NCBI RefSeq assembly: GCF_030013595.1
Contig: NZ_CP122768.1
DNA from: Escherichia coli
Lineage (GTDB): Bacteria; Pseudomonadota; Gammaproteobacteria; Enterobacterales; Enterobacteriaceae
Direction: 5' to 3' (one strand)
DNA length: 64,000 bases
The number at the start of each line of letters is the position of its first letter. Position 1 is the stretch's first letter. Under the pieces are notes generated by a model. The model made no database searches and was not told where the DNA came from. It worked only from the letters and a program-made list of their open reading frames with translations. The translations under genes and the position numbers were made by a program. Below, in pieces: positions 46,940 through 60,835 of the stretch.

Positions 46940-47563
46940 TTAGCGCATGTTGACAAAAATACCATTAGTCACATTATCCGTCAGTCGGACGACATGGTAG
47001 ATAACCTGTTTATTATGCGTTTTGATCTTACGTTTAATATTACCTTTATGCGATGAAACGGTCTTGGCTTTGATATTCATTTGGTCGGAGATTTGAATGG
47101 TTCCCTGACCTGCCATCCACATTCGCAACATACTCGATTCGGTTCGGCTCAATGATAACGTCGGCATATTTAAAAACGAGGTTATCGTTGTCTCTTTTTT
47201 CAGAATATCGCCAAGGATATCGTCGAGAGATTCCGGTTTAATCGATTTAGAACTGATCAATAAATTTTTTCTGACCAATAGATATTCATCAAAATGAACA
47301 TTGGCTATTGCCATAAAAACGATAAATAACGTATTGGGATGTTGATTAATGATGAGCTTGATACGCTGACTGTTAGAAGCATCGTGGATGAAACAGTCCT
47401 CATTAATAAACACCACTGAAGGGCGCTGTGAATCACAAGCTATGGCAAGGTCATCAACGGTTTCAATGTCGTTGATTTCTCTTTTTTTAACCCCTCTACT
47501 CAACAGATACCCGGTTAAACCTAGTCGGGTGTAACTACATAAATCCATAATAATCGTTGACAT
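46940..47563 (-). CDS. rcsA: Capsule synthesis co-activator RcsA (LuxR-type HTH)
   Basis: 207 aa, [24 protein letters not shown]... with C-terminal LuxR HTH. Confidence 0.92.
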
Positions 47564-47852
47564 GGCATACCCTCACTCAATGCGTAACGATAATTCCCCT
47601 TACCTGAATATTTCATCATGACTAAACGGAACAACATGGGTCACCTAATGCGCCACTCTCGCGATTTTTCAGGCGGACTTACTATCCCGTAAAGTGTTGT
47701 ATAATTTGCCTGGAATTGTCTTAAAGTAAAGTAAATGTTGCGATATGTGAGTGAGCTTAAAACAAATATTTCGCCGCAGGAGTATCCTGGAAGATGTTCG
47801 TAGGTATTATTTTTCGGATAATCCTTAGGATAACATGATAAACGTTACGGAA

Positions 47853-48638
47853 TTATATTAATGGCAATTCACTAATAATATCAGCCAGCAAATTAAAAAT
47901 TTCACTGAATAAATGTTCGCAAAAAGGCGCAATTAACGGCATTAATGCCGCCATTAAAGAGATGCCGACAGTCAGAGTTAATGGAAATCCAATAACAAAA
48001 ATGGATAATTGCGGGGCCATACGATTAAGTAAACCTAATGCCAGATTCAGTGTCAGCAGCAGAGTAATGAGCGGTAACGCCAGCATCAGCCCGTTAAGGA
48101 AAATCAAACTCCCTGCTTTGGTGAGTGCCAGAAACGCATTGCTGTTCAACGGTTCGCCACCAATCGGCAGGGTGTGAAAGGTATCGACCAGCAGTGAAAT
48201 CAACCATAAATGACCGTTAAATGTCAGGAACAGCAGTAACGCCAGCATATCCATGATACGCGCTAAAACGGGCATATTAAGATGGCTGGCCGGATCGACA
48301 AATGTCGCAAATGACAGCCCCATTTGCAGACCGATAATTTCGCCAGCGGTTCGCACAGCGGCAAAGGCAAATTGCATGGTAAAACCAAGCGCAATGCCGA
48401 TCAGGATCTGCTGCACGGCCAGCCACAGAGCAAAGAACGAAAAAACAGGAACATCGTTGGCAGGTAATGATGGGGCAATGGCGAACGTGATCATCATTGC
48501 CAGACCCAGTTTTACCCGTTTCGGTACGCTACGTTCGCTCAGAATTGGCGCGGTAGAAATGAGCGCCAGCACGCGCAGTAACGGCCAGAAGTACAGACTT
48601 AGCCAGGATAGCCATTGATCGCTTGTCACCTGCAACAT
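47853..48638 (-). CDS. fliR: Flagellar export apparatus protein FliR
   Basis: 261-aa membrane protein at the end of the fliLMNOPQR operon. Confidence 0.92.
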   Translation of the reverse strand: MLQVTSDQWLSWLSLYFWPLLRVLALISTAPILSERSVPKRVKLGLAMMITFAIAPSLPANDVPVFSFFALWLAVQQILIGIALGFTMQFAFAAVRTAGEIIGLQMGLSFATFVDPASHLNMPVLARIMDMLALLLFLTFNGHLWLISLLVDTFHTLPIGGEPLNSNAFLALTKAGSLIFLNGLMLALPLITLLLTLNLALGLLNRMAPQLSIFVIGFPLTLTVGISLMAALMPLIAPFCEHLFSEIFNLLADIISELPLI

Positions 48639-48646
48639 TGTACGGG

Positions 48647-48916
48647 CTACCCGATGATATACGGCAGGTTAGTGAACAAGGTGCGGACGTAATCCAGCAA
48701 CAGATTGAGCATCCACGGTCCGGCAATAATAATGGCGATAAATACGGCGATGATTTTCGGAATAAACGACAGCGTCATTTCGTTAATCTGCGTGGCGGCC
48801 TGCAAAATACTGATGATAAGGCCCGTGACCAACGCTACCAACAATAGCGGGGCAGCCAGTGCCAGCGCGACTTTCATCGCTTCAGTCCCCATCATCATGA
48901 CCGATTCAGGTGTCAT
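48647..48916 (-). CDS. fliQ: Flagellar export apparatus protein FliQ
   Basis: 89-aa membrane protein. Confidence 0.92.
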   Translation of the reverse strand: MTPESVMMMGTEAMKVALALAAPLLLVALVTGLIISILQAATQINEMTLSFIPKIIAVFIAIIIAGPWMLNLLLDYVRTLFTNLPYIIG

Positions 48917-48925
48917 TTTGCCTCT

Positions 48926-49663
48926 CTAGCTGTAAAAGCTCTGCGCCAGCGAACCGACCAGCAATTGCCAGCCATCCACCAGTACAAACAGCATCAGTTT
49001 AAAGGGCAGAGCAATGGTGGCTGGGGGAACCATCATCATCCCCAATGCCATCAACACGCTGGCAATCACCAGGTCGATAATCAAAAAAGGAATGAAAATC
49101 GTGAAGCCTATCTGAAATGCGGTTTTCAACTCGCTGGTCACGTAGGCCGGGAGCAAAATGCGCATCGGCACGGCTTCAGGTCCCTGCAACGGGCCAGTAT
49201 TTGCCAGTCTGGCAAACAACCCTAAATCCGCCTCACGGGTCTGACGCAGCATAAACTCACGCAGCGGCTGCGCCCCTTTTTCCAGCGCCTCCTGCATTGA
49301 TATTTTCTCTTCGCTGAATGGCTGGTACGCATCGACATAAATTTTATCGATCACCGGCGACATAATAAAAAAGGTCAAAAACAGCGCCAGCCCCAGCAAT
49401 ACCTAGTTAGGTGGTGCGGAGGGCGTTCCCAGCGCGTTACGCAATAAACCAAAAACAATGATGATGCGAGTGAAACTGGTCATCATCAGTAAAATTGCCG
49501 GAATAAACGTCAACGAGGTGATGAACACCAGCGTCTGCACCGGGAGCGACCAGCTTTGTCCACCGCCAGGCAGCGGCTGGCTGGTGATACCCGGCAGTTG
49601 CGCGAAGGCGAGGGGCGTAACCAGCCAGAGAAGGACAGGTGCGACAGACAACAAACGACGCAT
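48926..49663 (-). pseudogene. fliP: Flagellar export apparatus protein FliP with in-frame amber codon at 49403..49405 (codon 87)
   Basis: Reading frame is ...[23 protein letters not shown]...; the conserved sequence continues unbroken in the same frame after the stop, giving an 86-aa fragment plus a 157-aa downstream ORF. Confidence 0.85.
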
Positions 49664-50028
49664 CAGGATCTCCCGCTACGCTTAAGCAAGTTTTTCATGA
49701 CCGACTGAAAATCGGTCTGCGGTATCTCTTCCGTTGGTGCTGAAGGGGGAAGTTTATGCAGCAGATTGATTTGCCCAGCGGTAACGCCGAGCACCAGCCG
49801 TGCATCTTCTACATCGACCACCACGACCCGTTCACGCGCGCCCAGCGAAGCACTGGCGCTAATTTTCAGACCGTTAACGCCAGTGCGTTTCGGGGCAAAT
49901 CCCAGCCGTTTTACCAACCAGGCAGCAGCGAGGATCAGGGCAATAATGGCGATGAGTGCGCCGCTCACCTGCAGCAGTGGCGCAGCAGAAACCGGCGCGG
50001 AAGATTGCACAGTAGCGTGGTTATTCAT
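49663..50028 (-). CDS. fliO: Flagellar export apparatus protein FliO
   Basis: 121 aa from MNNHATVQ. Confidence 0.88.
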   Translation of the reverse strand: MNNHATVQSSAPVSAAPLLQVSGALIAIIALILAAAWLVKRLGFAPKRTGVNGLKISASASLGARERVVVVDVEDARLVLGVTAGQINLLHKLPPSAPTEEIPQTDFQSVMKNLLKRSGRS

Positions 50029-50030
50029 CA

Positions 50031-50444
50031 CTAACGGCTCAGGCGACGCATCCGCTCAGACGGAGTAATGATATCGGTGATCCGCACGCCATATTTATCA
50101 GCGACTACGACAACTTCGCCCTGAGCAATTAAATAACCGTTGATCAGAATATCCAGCGGTTCGCCCGCCAGACCGTCCAGCGCCACGACGGACCCTTGCG
50201 TCAGACGCAACAGCTCTTTGATGGTCATCCGCGTACGGCCCAGCTCGACGGTCAGCTTGACCGGAATATCCATAATCAGGTCGATATCCTGCAACGTTCC
50301 GCTGACATCACCACCGCCAAATTGCTGGAACACCGCGTCGGCAGCGCTTTTGCTGCTGGTTGATTTTTGTTCGCTCAACGCTTCAGCCCACAGATCGTCC
50401 ATTGCGCCGTTGTTGTCATCGGCCGGATTATTCATGTCACTCAT
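50031..50444 (-). CDS. fliN: Flagellar motor switch protein FliN
   Basis: 137 aa. Confidence 0.92.
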   Translation of the reverse strand: MSDMNNPADDNNGAMDDLWAEALSEQKSTSSKSAADAVFQQFGGGDVSGTLQDIDLIMDIPVKLTVELGRTRMTIKELLRLTQGSVVALDGLAGEPLDILINGYLIAQGEVVVVADKYGVRITDIITPSERMRRLSR

Positions 50445-51445
50445 TTGGGCTGTTCCTCGTTCAGAGAATTTAAAATCGGGTTAATCAAATGTTCTATCCG
50501 TAACGCATACTGGCCGTTGAGAGTGCCGTACTGACTGGTCAGCACCGGGACGCCGTCAACATGGGCGATGATGCGATCGGGTTTTTCTATCGGCAGGACG
50601 TCGCCGGGTTTCAGTTTTAAAATCTGCGACAGGCGTAGCGAGATATCGGCAAAGTTGGCGACCAGCTCCAGCTGCGAATGCTGCACCTGGCGCACCAGGT
50701 TATCGCGCCAGTTCTGATCTTCATTACGCGAGTTTTCCAGCGGCGGGTTAACCAACAATTCCCGTAGCGGCTCGATCATGCTGAATGGCAGGCAGATATT
50801 AAATTCGCCTGTCAGGTTGCCAATCTCCACATGGAACGGCGTGTTAACCACGATGTCGTTCGGCGAGGTGGTGATATTGGTAAATTTCACCTGCATTTCC
50901 GAACGCACGTACTCAACTTCCAGCGGATTAATCGCCTTCCAGGCGTCGCTATAGCCTTCAAGCGCCAGCTTTAACATGCGGTTGATGACGCGCTGTTCGG
51001 TATGGGTAAACTCGCGACCTTCCACTTTGGTCGGGAAGCGTCCATCGCCGCCAAACAGGTTATCCACGGCGATAAACACCAGACTCGGTGAGAACACCAC
51101 CAGCCCTGTGCCGCGCAGCGGTTTCAGATGGATAAGGTTCAGGTTGGTCGGCACCGGCAGGTTGCGGGCAAATTCATGGTACGGCTGAATGCGGATGGCC
51201 CCGACGGTAATGTCCGGGCTACGGCGCAGCAGGTTGAACAGCCCCATACGAAAATGGCGGGCAAAGCGCTCATTAATGATTTCCAGCGCCTGCAAACGTT
51301 CGCGCACAACCCGTCGTTGGGTATTCGGATCGTACGGACGAATGTCACTTTCGCCGCTAACACTGGCTGTCGGTTCGTCTTTGACTTCGCTGTCACCATT
51401 CAACAGCGCATCAATTTCAGCTTGAGAAAGAATACTATCGCCCAT
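50441..51445 (-). CDS. fliM: Flagellar motor switch protein FliM
   Basis: 334 aa from MGDSILSQAEIDALL. Confidence 0.92.
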   Translation of the reverse strand: MGDSILSQAEIDALLNGDSEVKDEPTASVSGESDIRPYDPNTQRRVVRERLQALEIINERFARHFRMGLFNLLRRSPDITVGAIRIQPYHEFARNLPVPTNLNLIHLKPLRGTGLVVFSPSLVFIAVDNLFGGDGRFPTKVEGREFTHTEQRVINRMLKLALEGYSDAWKAINPLEVEYVRSEMQVKFTNITTSPNDIVVNTPFHVEIGNLTGEFNICLPFSMIEPLRELLVNPPLENSRNEDQNWRDNLVRQVQHSQLELVANFADISLRLSQILKLKPGDVLPIEKPDRIIAHVDGVPVLTSQYGTLNGQYALRIEHLINPILNSLNEEQPK

Positions 51446-51449
51446 GTCG

Positions 51450-51914
51450 TTATCGCAGAATAAAAGCGGTATACAGCACGTCGGTGACATCCTGTTTCGG
51501 TTGCCCGGCAACAAGCGGGGTGGAAAGTGTGGTTTTAATCTCGGCAATCAGTTTTTTCTTGCCTTCTTCTGTCGCCAGTACGGCAGCATCCTGACGCGAA
51601 AACAGTAACAGCAAACGGCTACGGACTTCCGGCAAATACTCACTCAGCCGCGAGCGGGTAGCTTCATCTTTCAGGCGCAGGGTTATGCCGATATAAAGCA
51701 CGCGATCCGCATCGCCCAAATTGACCGTAAAGGTATCCAGCGCATAGAAGACCGGTGAGGGCACGACGCGTTGCTGCGCTTTGTCTTCAGCGGCAACCTG
51801 ATGCGAATGCCAGTAGCTGTAACCTGCGCTGGCACAGGCCGCGAGGGTAATGAATACCAGAATCGGGATCCAAAGCGATCGCTTGCTTTTCTTGCTTATC
51901 GCGTAATCAGTCAT
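51450..51914 (-). CDS. fliL: Flagellar basal-body-associated protein FliL
   Basis: 154 aa with a single TM segment. Confidence 0.9.
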   Translation of the reverse strand: MTDYAISKKSKRSLWIPILVFITLAACASAGYSYWHSHQVAAEDKAQQRVVPSPVFYALDTFTVNLGDADRVLYIGITLRLKDEATRSRLSEYLPEVRSRLLLLFSRQDAAVLATEEGKKKLIAEIKTTLSTPLVAGQPKQDVTDVLYTAFILR

Positions 51915-52018
51915 GTGTTGCGGTCTTCCTGTGTCGCTACTGCTTATCGGCTAATTATCCTGCGTCTTGAGCGCAACAAAGCGGGGAAAAGACGCGGATT
52001 ACGGTGCTACCTCTGACG

Positions 52019-53146
52019 TTAGGCGAAAATATCAACGCCGCTGTTGCCTGTTACACGCCCTTGTAAAGAGACGGGAACCGGAAGCGTATCGTCGTCTTCC
52101 CCCGCCAGAGGTTCATGGTTTTCTGTGCGTTGGCTTTGCTGTTGTTGGGAAGCAGCCTGCTGCTGACCACTAAAGCTTTCGCCACTGATGTTGCTTTGCC
52201 CTAACTGAATGCCACTTTCGGCCAGCTGCGTACGCAGTACCGGAAGCGCTGCTTCCAGGGCGGCGCGTACGTGTTGATGCGGTGAAACCATCTGGATTTG
52301 CGCCTGGTTATCATCCACTTTGAGGGAGATTTGCACTTCACCTAAATCCTGTGGGTGCAGACGCAACTCTGCACTTTGTTGCCCCTGGCGGGTGAACAGC
52401 GAAATATGCTGGCTTAATGATTGTTGCCATTCGTGAGAACCCAGCGGTGCACTCAAAACAGGCGCGGCGACGGTAGGCAGTGGCTGTGTCTGGTGTGGAG
52501 TGATTAGCGGGCTGGCGGCAGCAGTCACCGGCGAAGGTGTGCTGATGACTTCCGCTTTACTCTGGGCTTCTGCTACCAGCGGTGTTAATGGCTGAGCTGG
52601 TGTGCTGGGGGCGTCATCAGGCTGTGCTGTTGTGAGTTGCGCAGAAGTCAGTTTTGTGAAGAGCGTTGGTTTCTCTGTCGGTAACACGGTTGACGGCACA
52701 TCAGTCACTTTGGGCGTATTGTCAAAACCCGGCAACATCGCAAAAAGAGCGCTCAGGCTTGCGGTGACGTCTTCATTAAGATCATCCGCTTTTTCGTCTT
52801 TTGTCGTATTGTTGTCAGCCGCCGCAGCCAACGTTATCGTCTGAGCGGTGGTTAACGGTGTTGATGTGGATTGTTCGTCGTTGATGACAGGCGGTGTTTC
52901 ATCCACAGGGATCAGTAAATCCGCTTGTTGCGCGTCTGAAAGAATATCGCTGACCAGCGGCTCGCCTTTTGTCGTGGGCTTATCTGTTGCCACCAGCAAC
53001 TGGGGAGTCGCTTTGTCGGTTGTTGCCTCGCCTGTTAATGCTTCGCTCAACAACGCGAGAAAATCTTGTGCAGCATCGCTGGCTTTGCCGCCAGGCAATG
53101 TGGCGTTATCAACGTCAGCGGTAATCAAGGGCGCTATGCGAATCAT
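52019..53146 (-). CDS. fliK: Flagellar hook-length control protein FliK
   Basis: 375 aa, Pro/Thr/Gln-rich. Confidence 0.9.
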   Translation of the reverse strand: MIRIAPLITADVDNATLPGGKASDAAQDFLALLSEALTGEATTDKATPQLLVATDKPTTKGEPLVSDILSDAQQADLLIPVDETPPVINDEQSTSTPLTTAQTITLAAAADNNTTKDEKADDLNEDVTASLSALFAMLPGFDNTPKVTDVPSTVLPTEKPTLFTKLTSAQLTTAQPDDAPSTPAQPLTPLVAEAQSKAEVISTPSPVTAAASPLITPHQTQPLPTVAAPVLSAPLGSHEWQQSLSQHISLFTRQGQQSAELRLHPQDLGEVQISLKVDDNQAQIQMVSPHQHVRAALEAALPVLRTQLAESGIQLGQSNISGESFSGQQQAASQQQQSQRTENHEPLAGEDDDTLPVPVSLQGRVTGNSGVDIFA

Positions 53147-53586
53147 TCAGGTTTCCTCATGGCGGCGCGCTGGGCGAACTCATCCATCTTTTTCTGATCG
53201 AGGCGGTTTTCTGCAAGCAGTGCCGCCGTGGATTGCCGTTCCTGCAGTGTCTGCCAGGCCTGCAAACGTTGTTTCTTTTCTCGCCAGCTGTTCAGGGCAA
53301 TGTCAACTTTCTGCGTCCACTGATTAAGTTGCTGGCGATGCTGAGTAATGGCTTTTTCCAGCGTCTGGATAAACTGCTGATAGTTGATCCAGCGGTTGCT
53401 GGTCATCCCGGCACTCATATCGCTATTGAGGTTATTGCGATATTCATTCTGATAATCGATCAGCATTTTGAGCTGTTCTTCCGCCTGCTGACATCCGCGA
53501 CGCATTTCACCCAGCAGGCGCGCGGCATCCTCTACCTCTTTTTCTGCCAGATCTTTCAGGGTCGCCAGCGCGCCATGTTCTGCCAT
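53143..53586 (-). CDS. fliJ: Flagellar export chaperone FliJ
   Basis: 147 aa coiled-coil protein. Confidence 0.9.
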   Translation of the reverse strand: MAEHGALATLKDLAEKEVEDAARLLGEMRRGCQQAEEQLKMLIDYQNEYRNNLNSDMSAGMTSNRWINYQQFIQTLEKAITQHRQQLNQWTQKVDIALNSWREKKQRLQAWQTLQERQSTAALLAENRLDQKKMDEFAQRAAMRKPE

Positions 53587-53604
53587 CTGCCGTTATCTCC
53601 TGGG

Positions 53605-54977
53605 TTATGACACTGTCGGGAAAATACGCTCCAGCCCCTGGAGAGACGCTTCCCAGTCCGCGCGTTCAAAAATGCCTTGTTGCAAATAGCCCTCCAGCTG
53701 CGGCCACAGGGCGATGGCTTTGTCGAGCATCGGATCGCTGCCTTTGGCATACGCGCCGACGCTAACCAGATCGCGGTTACGCTGAAAACTCGACAACAGC
53801 TGTTTGAAGGTGCGCACTCGCGCGTAATGTTGCTCACTGATCAACGCCGTCATTGCGCGGCTGATCGACGCTTCAATATCGATAGCCGGATAGTGCCCGG
53901 CTTCCGCCAGTCGGCGAGACAGCACAATGTGACCGTCGAGGATGGCCCGCGCGGAGTCGGCAATGGGGTCCTGCTGGTCATCGCCCTCGGTGAGCACGGT
54001 ATAAAACGCGGTAATCGATCCGCCGCCGCTAATGCCATTTCCGGCACGCTCGACCAGTGCCGGTAATTTGGCAAACACCGACGGTGGATAGCCTTTAGTG
54101 GCAGGTGGTTCGCCAATCGCCAGCGCAATCTCACGCTGGGCCATCGCGTAGCGGGTGAGGGAGTCCATAATCAGCAACACATGCTGACCACGATCGCGAA
54201 AATCTTCGGCAATGCGTGTGGCATAGGCGGCACCCTGCATTCGCAGGAGCGGAGAAACATCCGCCGGAGCGGCAATCACCACGGAGCGTGCACGCCCTTC
54301 GGCACCGAGGATATTCTCAATAAAATCTTTTACTTCGCGCCCACGTTCACCAATCAAACCCACGACAATGACATCGGCGCGGGTGTAACGTGCCATCATC
54401 CCCAGCAGCACACTTTTACCAACGCCGGACCCGGCAAACAGCCCCATACGCTGCCCGCGCCCGACGGTAAGCAGGGCATTGATTGGGCGCACGCCGGTGT
54501 CCAGCACATGTTCAATCGGTGTACGTTGCAACGGGTTAAATGGCGGGGTGATCAGCGCACCGGTTTCCGTCGTATCGGGGGAGGGGAGGCCATCGAGCGG
54601 TTTACCGCTGCCATCCAGAACGCGACCTAATAACGCCGGACCGAGCGGCAACTGCTTGCCGCTTTGCAGTCCTTCAGTCGAAATGTTTTTGGCATAAACA
54701 CGCGCGCCGGGCAGGACACCTTCCACTTCCTCCAGCGGCATTAAAAACAGCCGTTGACCGTTAAAGCCAACGACTTCGCTTTCTACTTCGTGAGTTTCGC
54801 TGCCGTTCTGGCGCTCAATCACACAGGTTGCGCCGAGCGGCAATTGTAATCCGGTGGCTTCCAGCACCAGCCCGGTAGCGCGAGTTAATCGCCCGTAGCG
54901 ACGTACCGCAGGCAACTGCGCCATTTTAGCTTCGAAGTTATCCAGCGTGGTTAGCCAGCGAGTCAGGCGCGTGGTCA

Positions 54978-54978
<1 letters not shown>
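53605..54978 (-). CDS. fliI: Flagellum-specific ATPase FliI
   Basis: 457 aa with Walker A GSGVGKS. Confidence 0.93.
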
Positions 54979-58303
<3,325 letters not shown>

Positions 58304-58517
58304 CGCGCACCTCGTGGCTGATTATGGACGGCGTTATTGGCAAAGTGGAACAAGACTCACTCCCGGGTCAGCAAACTCGAAAAATTGACGCTCCCATTAT
58401 TTGTGCTTTCGTTTTTTTCTATCCGCCAATAAACCCGTTTTTTTGTTGCTATTTAGCGCCTTTGTCTTATTGACTTACTGGTAGGCTTTGCTACCAGAAA
58501 TTATCCGGGAGATGAAA
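58304..58517. promoter_or_regulatory. Divergent fliF / fliE promoter region (class 2 flagellar promoters)
   Basis: Intergenic region between divergently transcribed fliF and fliE; assigned by position and known flagellar regulation, motifs not resolved by eye. Confidence 0.5.
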
Positions 58518-58832
58518 ATGTCAGCGATACAGGGGATTGAAGGGGTTATCAGCCAGTTACAGGCTACGGCGATGAGTGCGCGTGCACAGGAATCACTGCC
58601 GCACCCGACCATTAGTTTTGCCGGGCAGCTGCACGCCGCGCTCGATCGCATAAGCGATACACAAACAGCCGCCCGCACGCAGGCAGAAAAATTCACCCTC
58701 GGTGAACCCGGCGTGGCGTTAAACGATGTGATGACCGATATGCAAAAAGCCTCAGTTTCTATGCAAATGGGGATTCAGGTGCGTAATAAGCTGGTGGCGG
58801 CGTATCAGGAAGTGATGAGCATGCAGGTGTAG
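58518..58832 (+). CDS. fliE: Flagellar hook-basal body protein FliE
   Basis: 104 aa from [10 protein letters not shown]. Confidence 0.9.
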   Translation: MSAIQGIEGVISQLQATAMSARAQESLPHPTISFAGQLHAALDRISDTQTAARTQAEKFTLGEPGVALNDVMTDMQKASVSMQMGIQVRNKLVAAYQEVMSMQV

Positions 58833-59236
58833 GTTTTGTAACCTGTTGTTAATTACATCCGATCTCACCGCGTGGGGCATGGATGGGGCAAACTCACTCA
58901 ATTTCTGGTTTAAAATGGAAACCTGATTCTGAAAGTTTTCTGCCATCCACGATCCGTAAACGCGATAAACCCTCTGTTCATCAGAGTGTCTCATTTGACA
59001 CATCACCACGTCGGATGTTGTTACGACCACAGACGCAACAGTAACGTTTGGATAATTTAATCTTTGTTGATGTTTTTATTCATATTCCGGGCAATGGAAA
59101 TAATTAGGCATAATTGTGTCACTGGAATAGAGGTTTCTTGTGGCGCATGTGGAAGGAGCGTCTAAGGACAAGACATATGCGGCTGGTGATGAATAAAGGC
59201 GTAGCACGTCGAATGCAAGAATGTGCTGCGTCTGGC

Positions 59237-59716
59237 TCATGGCAATTCATTATTTTCGCATAGCGTCAATGACAAAAATCGACTGTGTGGATCAAGTTGA
59301 TAATCAGCAAACGGTTCGCAATCAACGAAACCATGCTTCAAATAAAGTTGATGGCAGGCCGTAAATCCAGCCTGTGTACCCGTTTCTAAGCTCAGGCGAT
59401 GAAGGCATCTGTCATGGGCGACCTGCAAAATGTGGCGTAAAATCAGACTGGCGACACCTCGACGTAAATAATTTGGCGCGGTACGCATTGATTTCAGTTC
59501 GCCATGTTTATCATCCAGCAACTTCAGCGCACCAATTCCTGCGAGTTGTTCGCCTTCCCATACTGACCAGAATGTCACTGTCGGGTTACGTAATTTTTGC
59601 ACATCTAAAGCATGACTGCTTTCGGGGGGAGACTGCTGCAGCATGCCGGAAATATGGTAAGCCACTAATGCTTGCACTGCTGGATGGGTGAGATCATCTG
59701 TTTTAATCGTGAACAT
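59237..59716 (-). CDS. yedL: GNAT-family N-acetyltransferase
   Basis: 159 aa. Confidence 0.85.
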   Translation of the reverse strand: MFTIKTDDLTHPAVQALVAYHISGMLQQSPPESSHALDVQKLRNPTVTFWSVWEGEQLAGIGALKLLDDKHGELKSMRTAPNYLRRGVASLILRHILQVAHDRCLHRLSLETGTQAGFTACHQLYLKHGFVDCEPFADYQLDPHSRFLSLTLCENNELP

Positions 59717-59826
59717 GACGATTCCGTATTGGTGTTATTTTTGCAATATGCCAACAGGTACTGAAATCTTTGTCTAATAGAGATTTCTTATGACGCAGTA
59801 TTGTTGATCAATAATCTCCAGGCTTA

Positions 59827-60495
59827 TCAGATAGGTTGAATTAACTCCGCTCCCTGGTTTTTAACATTACCCACCGCGCGCGATACCGGGTGCTAGGTGA
59901 ACTGGTTTGCTGGCACACAGCCACTGGTAGCGATTTCTGAGGCTTCTTTACCGCCAATATCTTGCCGCATCCATTCCCGCGCAGCTTCTGGCGACAGTAC
60001 CAGTGGGCGGCGGTCATGAATATCTACCAGACCCTGGTCTGCTGCTGCAGTGACAATCAAAAATCCTTCGGCTTCGTCACCGCGCTCGAACGGTGTGCTG
60101 CCTATCGCGGCCATAAAAACAGGTTGTCCGTCAGCGCGATAGATAAAATAAGGCTGTTTTTTGTCGCCTTCTTTTTTCCACTCAAACCAGCCGTCGGCAA
60201 AACAGATTGCCCGACCGTGTTGCCAGAGCGGTTTAAACATGCGACTGGTTGCGGCAGTTTCTACGCGGGCGTTAATCAGCGGCGGTTTATCCCACCATCC
60301 GGGAGCATATCCCCAGAAAACCGGATCCAGATGAAGGTGTTCATCACGTTCACTGAGCAGAAGAACTTTGGTTCCCGGCGCGACGTTGTATCTGCCAATG
60401 GGTTCGGGATCGTAGGGAATATCGCGTTCAATATCTTCCGCGAGAAGCGCAAGGTAATCTTCACGCGTTTGGGATTGGGCAAAGCGTCCACACAT
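59827..60495 (-). pseudogene. yedK: SRAP/SOS-response-associated peptidase homologue with premature amber codon at 59893..59895 (after residue 200)
   Basis: N-terminal MCGRF catalytic-Cys motif; after the TAG the same frame stays open for 21 more codons (HPVSRAVGNVKNQGAELIQPI) before TGA, consistent with a truncated conserved C-terminus. Confidence 0.7.
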
Positions 60496-60601
60496 AGCAA
60501 CCTCCTGAGATCATACTGAAAAGAATAGGAGAGGGGGCGGGTAAAATCTATGTGTCAGAGGCAACGATGTTCCCGCTGTGGGCCACAGCGGGAATGAGGG
60601 A

Positions 60602-60835
60602 TTACTTCTGAATTAAATAACGAATGGTCGGCCCGTCTTGCTGAATATCCAGCACCGTATAGCCGTGATTACGCGCATCCAGTGGAATATTATTGATCGA
60701 CTGCGGACAGTCGCTCACCACTTCCAGGATCTCACCTTTTTTTAATTGCGGCATCGCCTCAAGGGTTGCGACTGCCGGATAAGGGCAGGGTTCACCCACC
60801 ATATCAAGGCGGTAATCAGGAACGATATTTTTCAT
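60602..60835 (-). CDS. yedF: TusA-like sulfurtransferase-fold protein
   Basis: 77 aa with CPxP motif (GEPCPYPAVAT). Confidence 0.88.
   Translation of the reverse strand: MKNIVPDYRLDMVGEPCPYPAVATLEAMPQLKKGEILEVVSDCPQSINNIPLDARNHGYTVLDIQQDGPTIRYLIQK

Noticed and set aside
60563-60587. Perfect 12-bp palindrome ttcccgctgtgg gc ccacagcgggaa as a terminator
   Set aside because: No T-run on either side; more likely a REP-like or protein-binding palindrome between yedF and yedK, and too little evidence to call a function.
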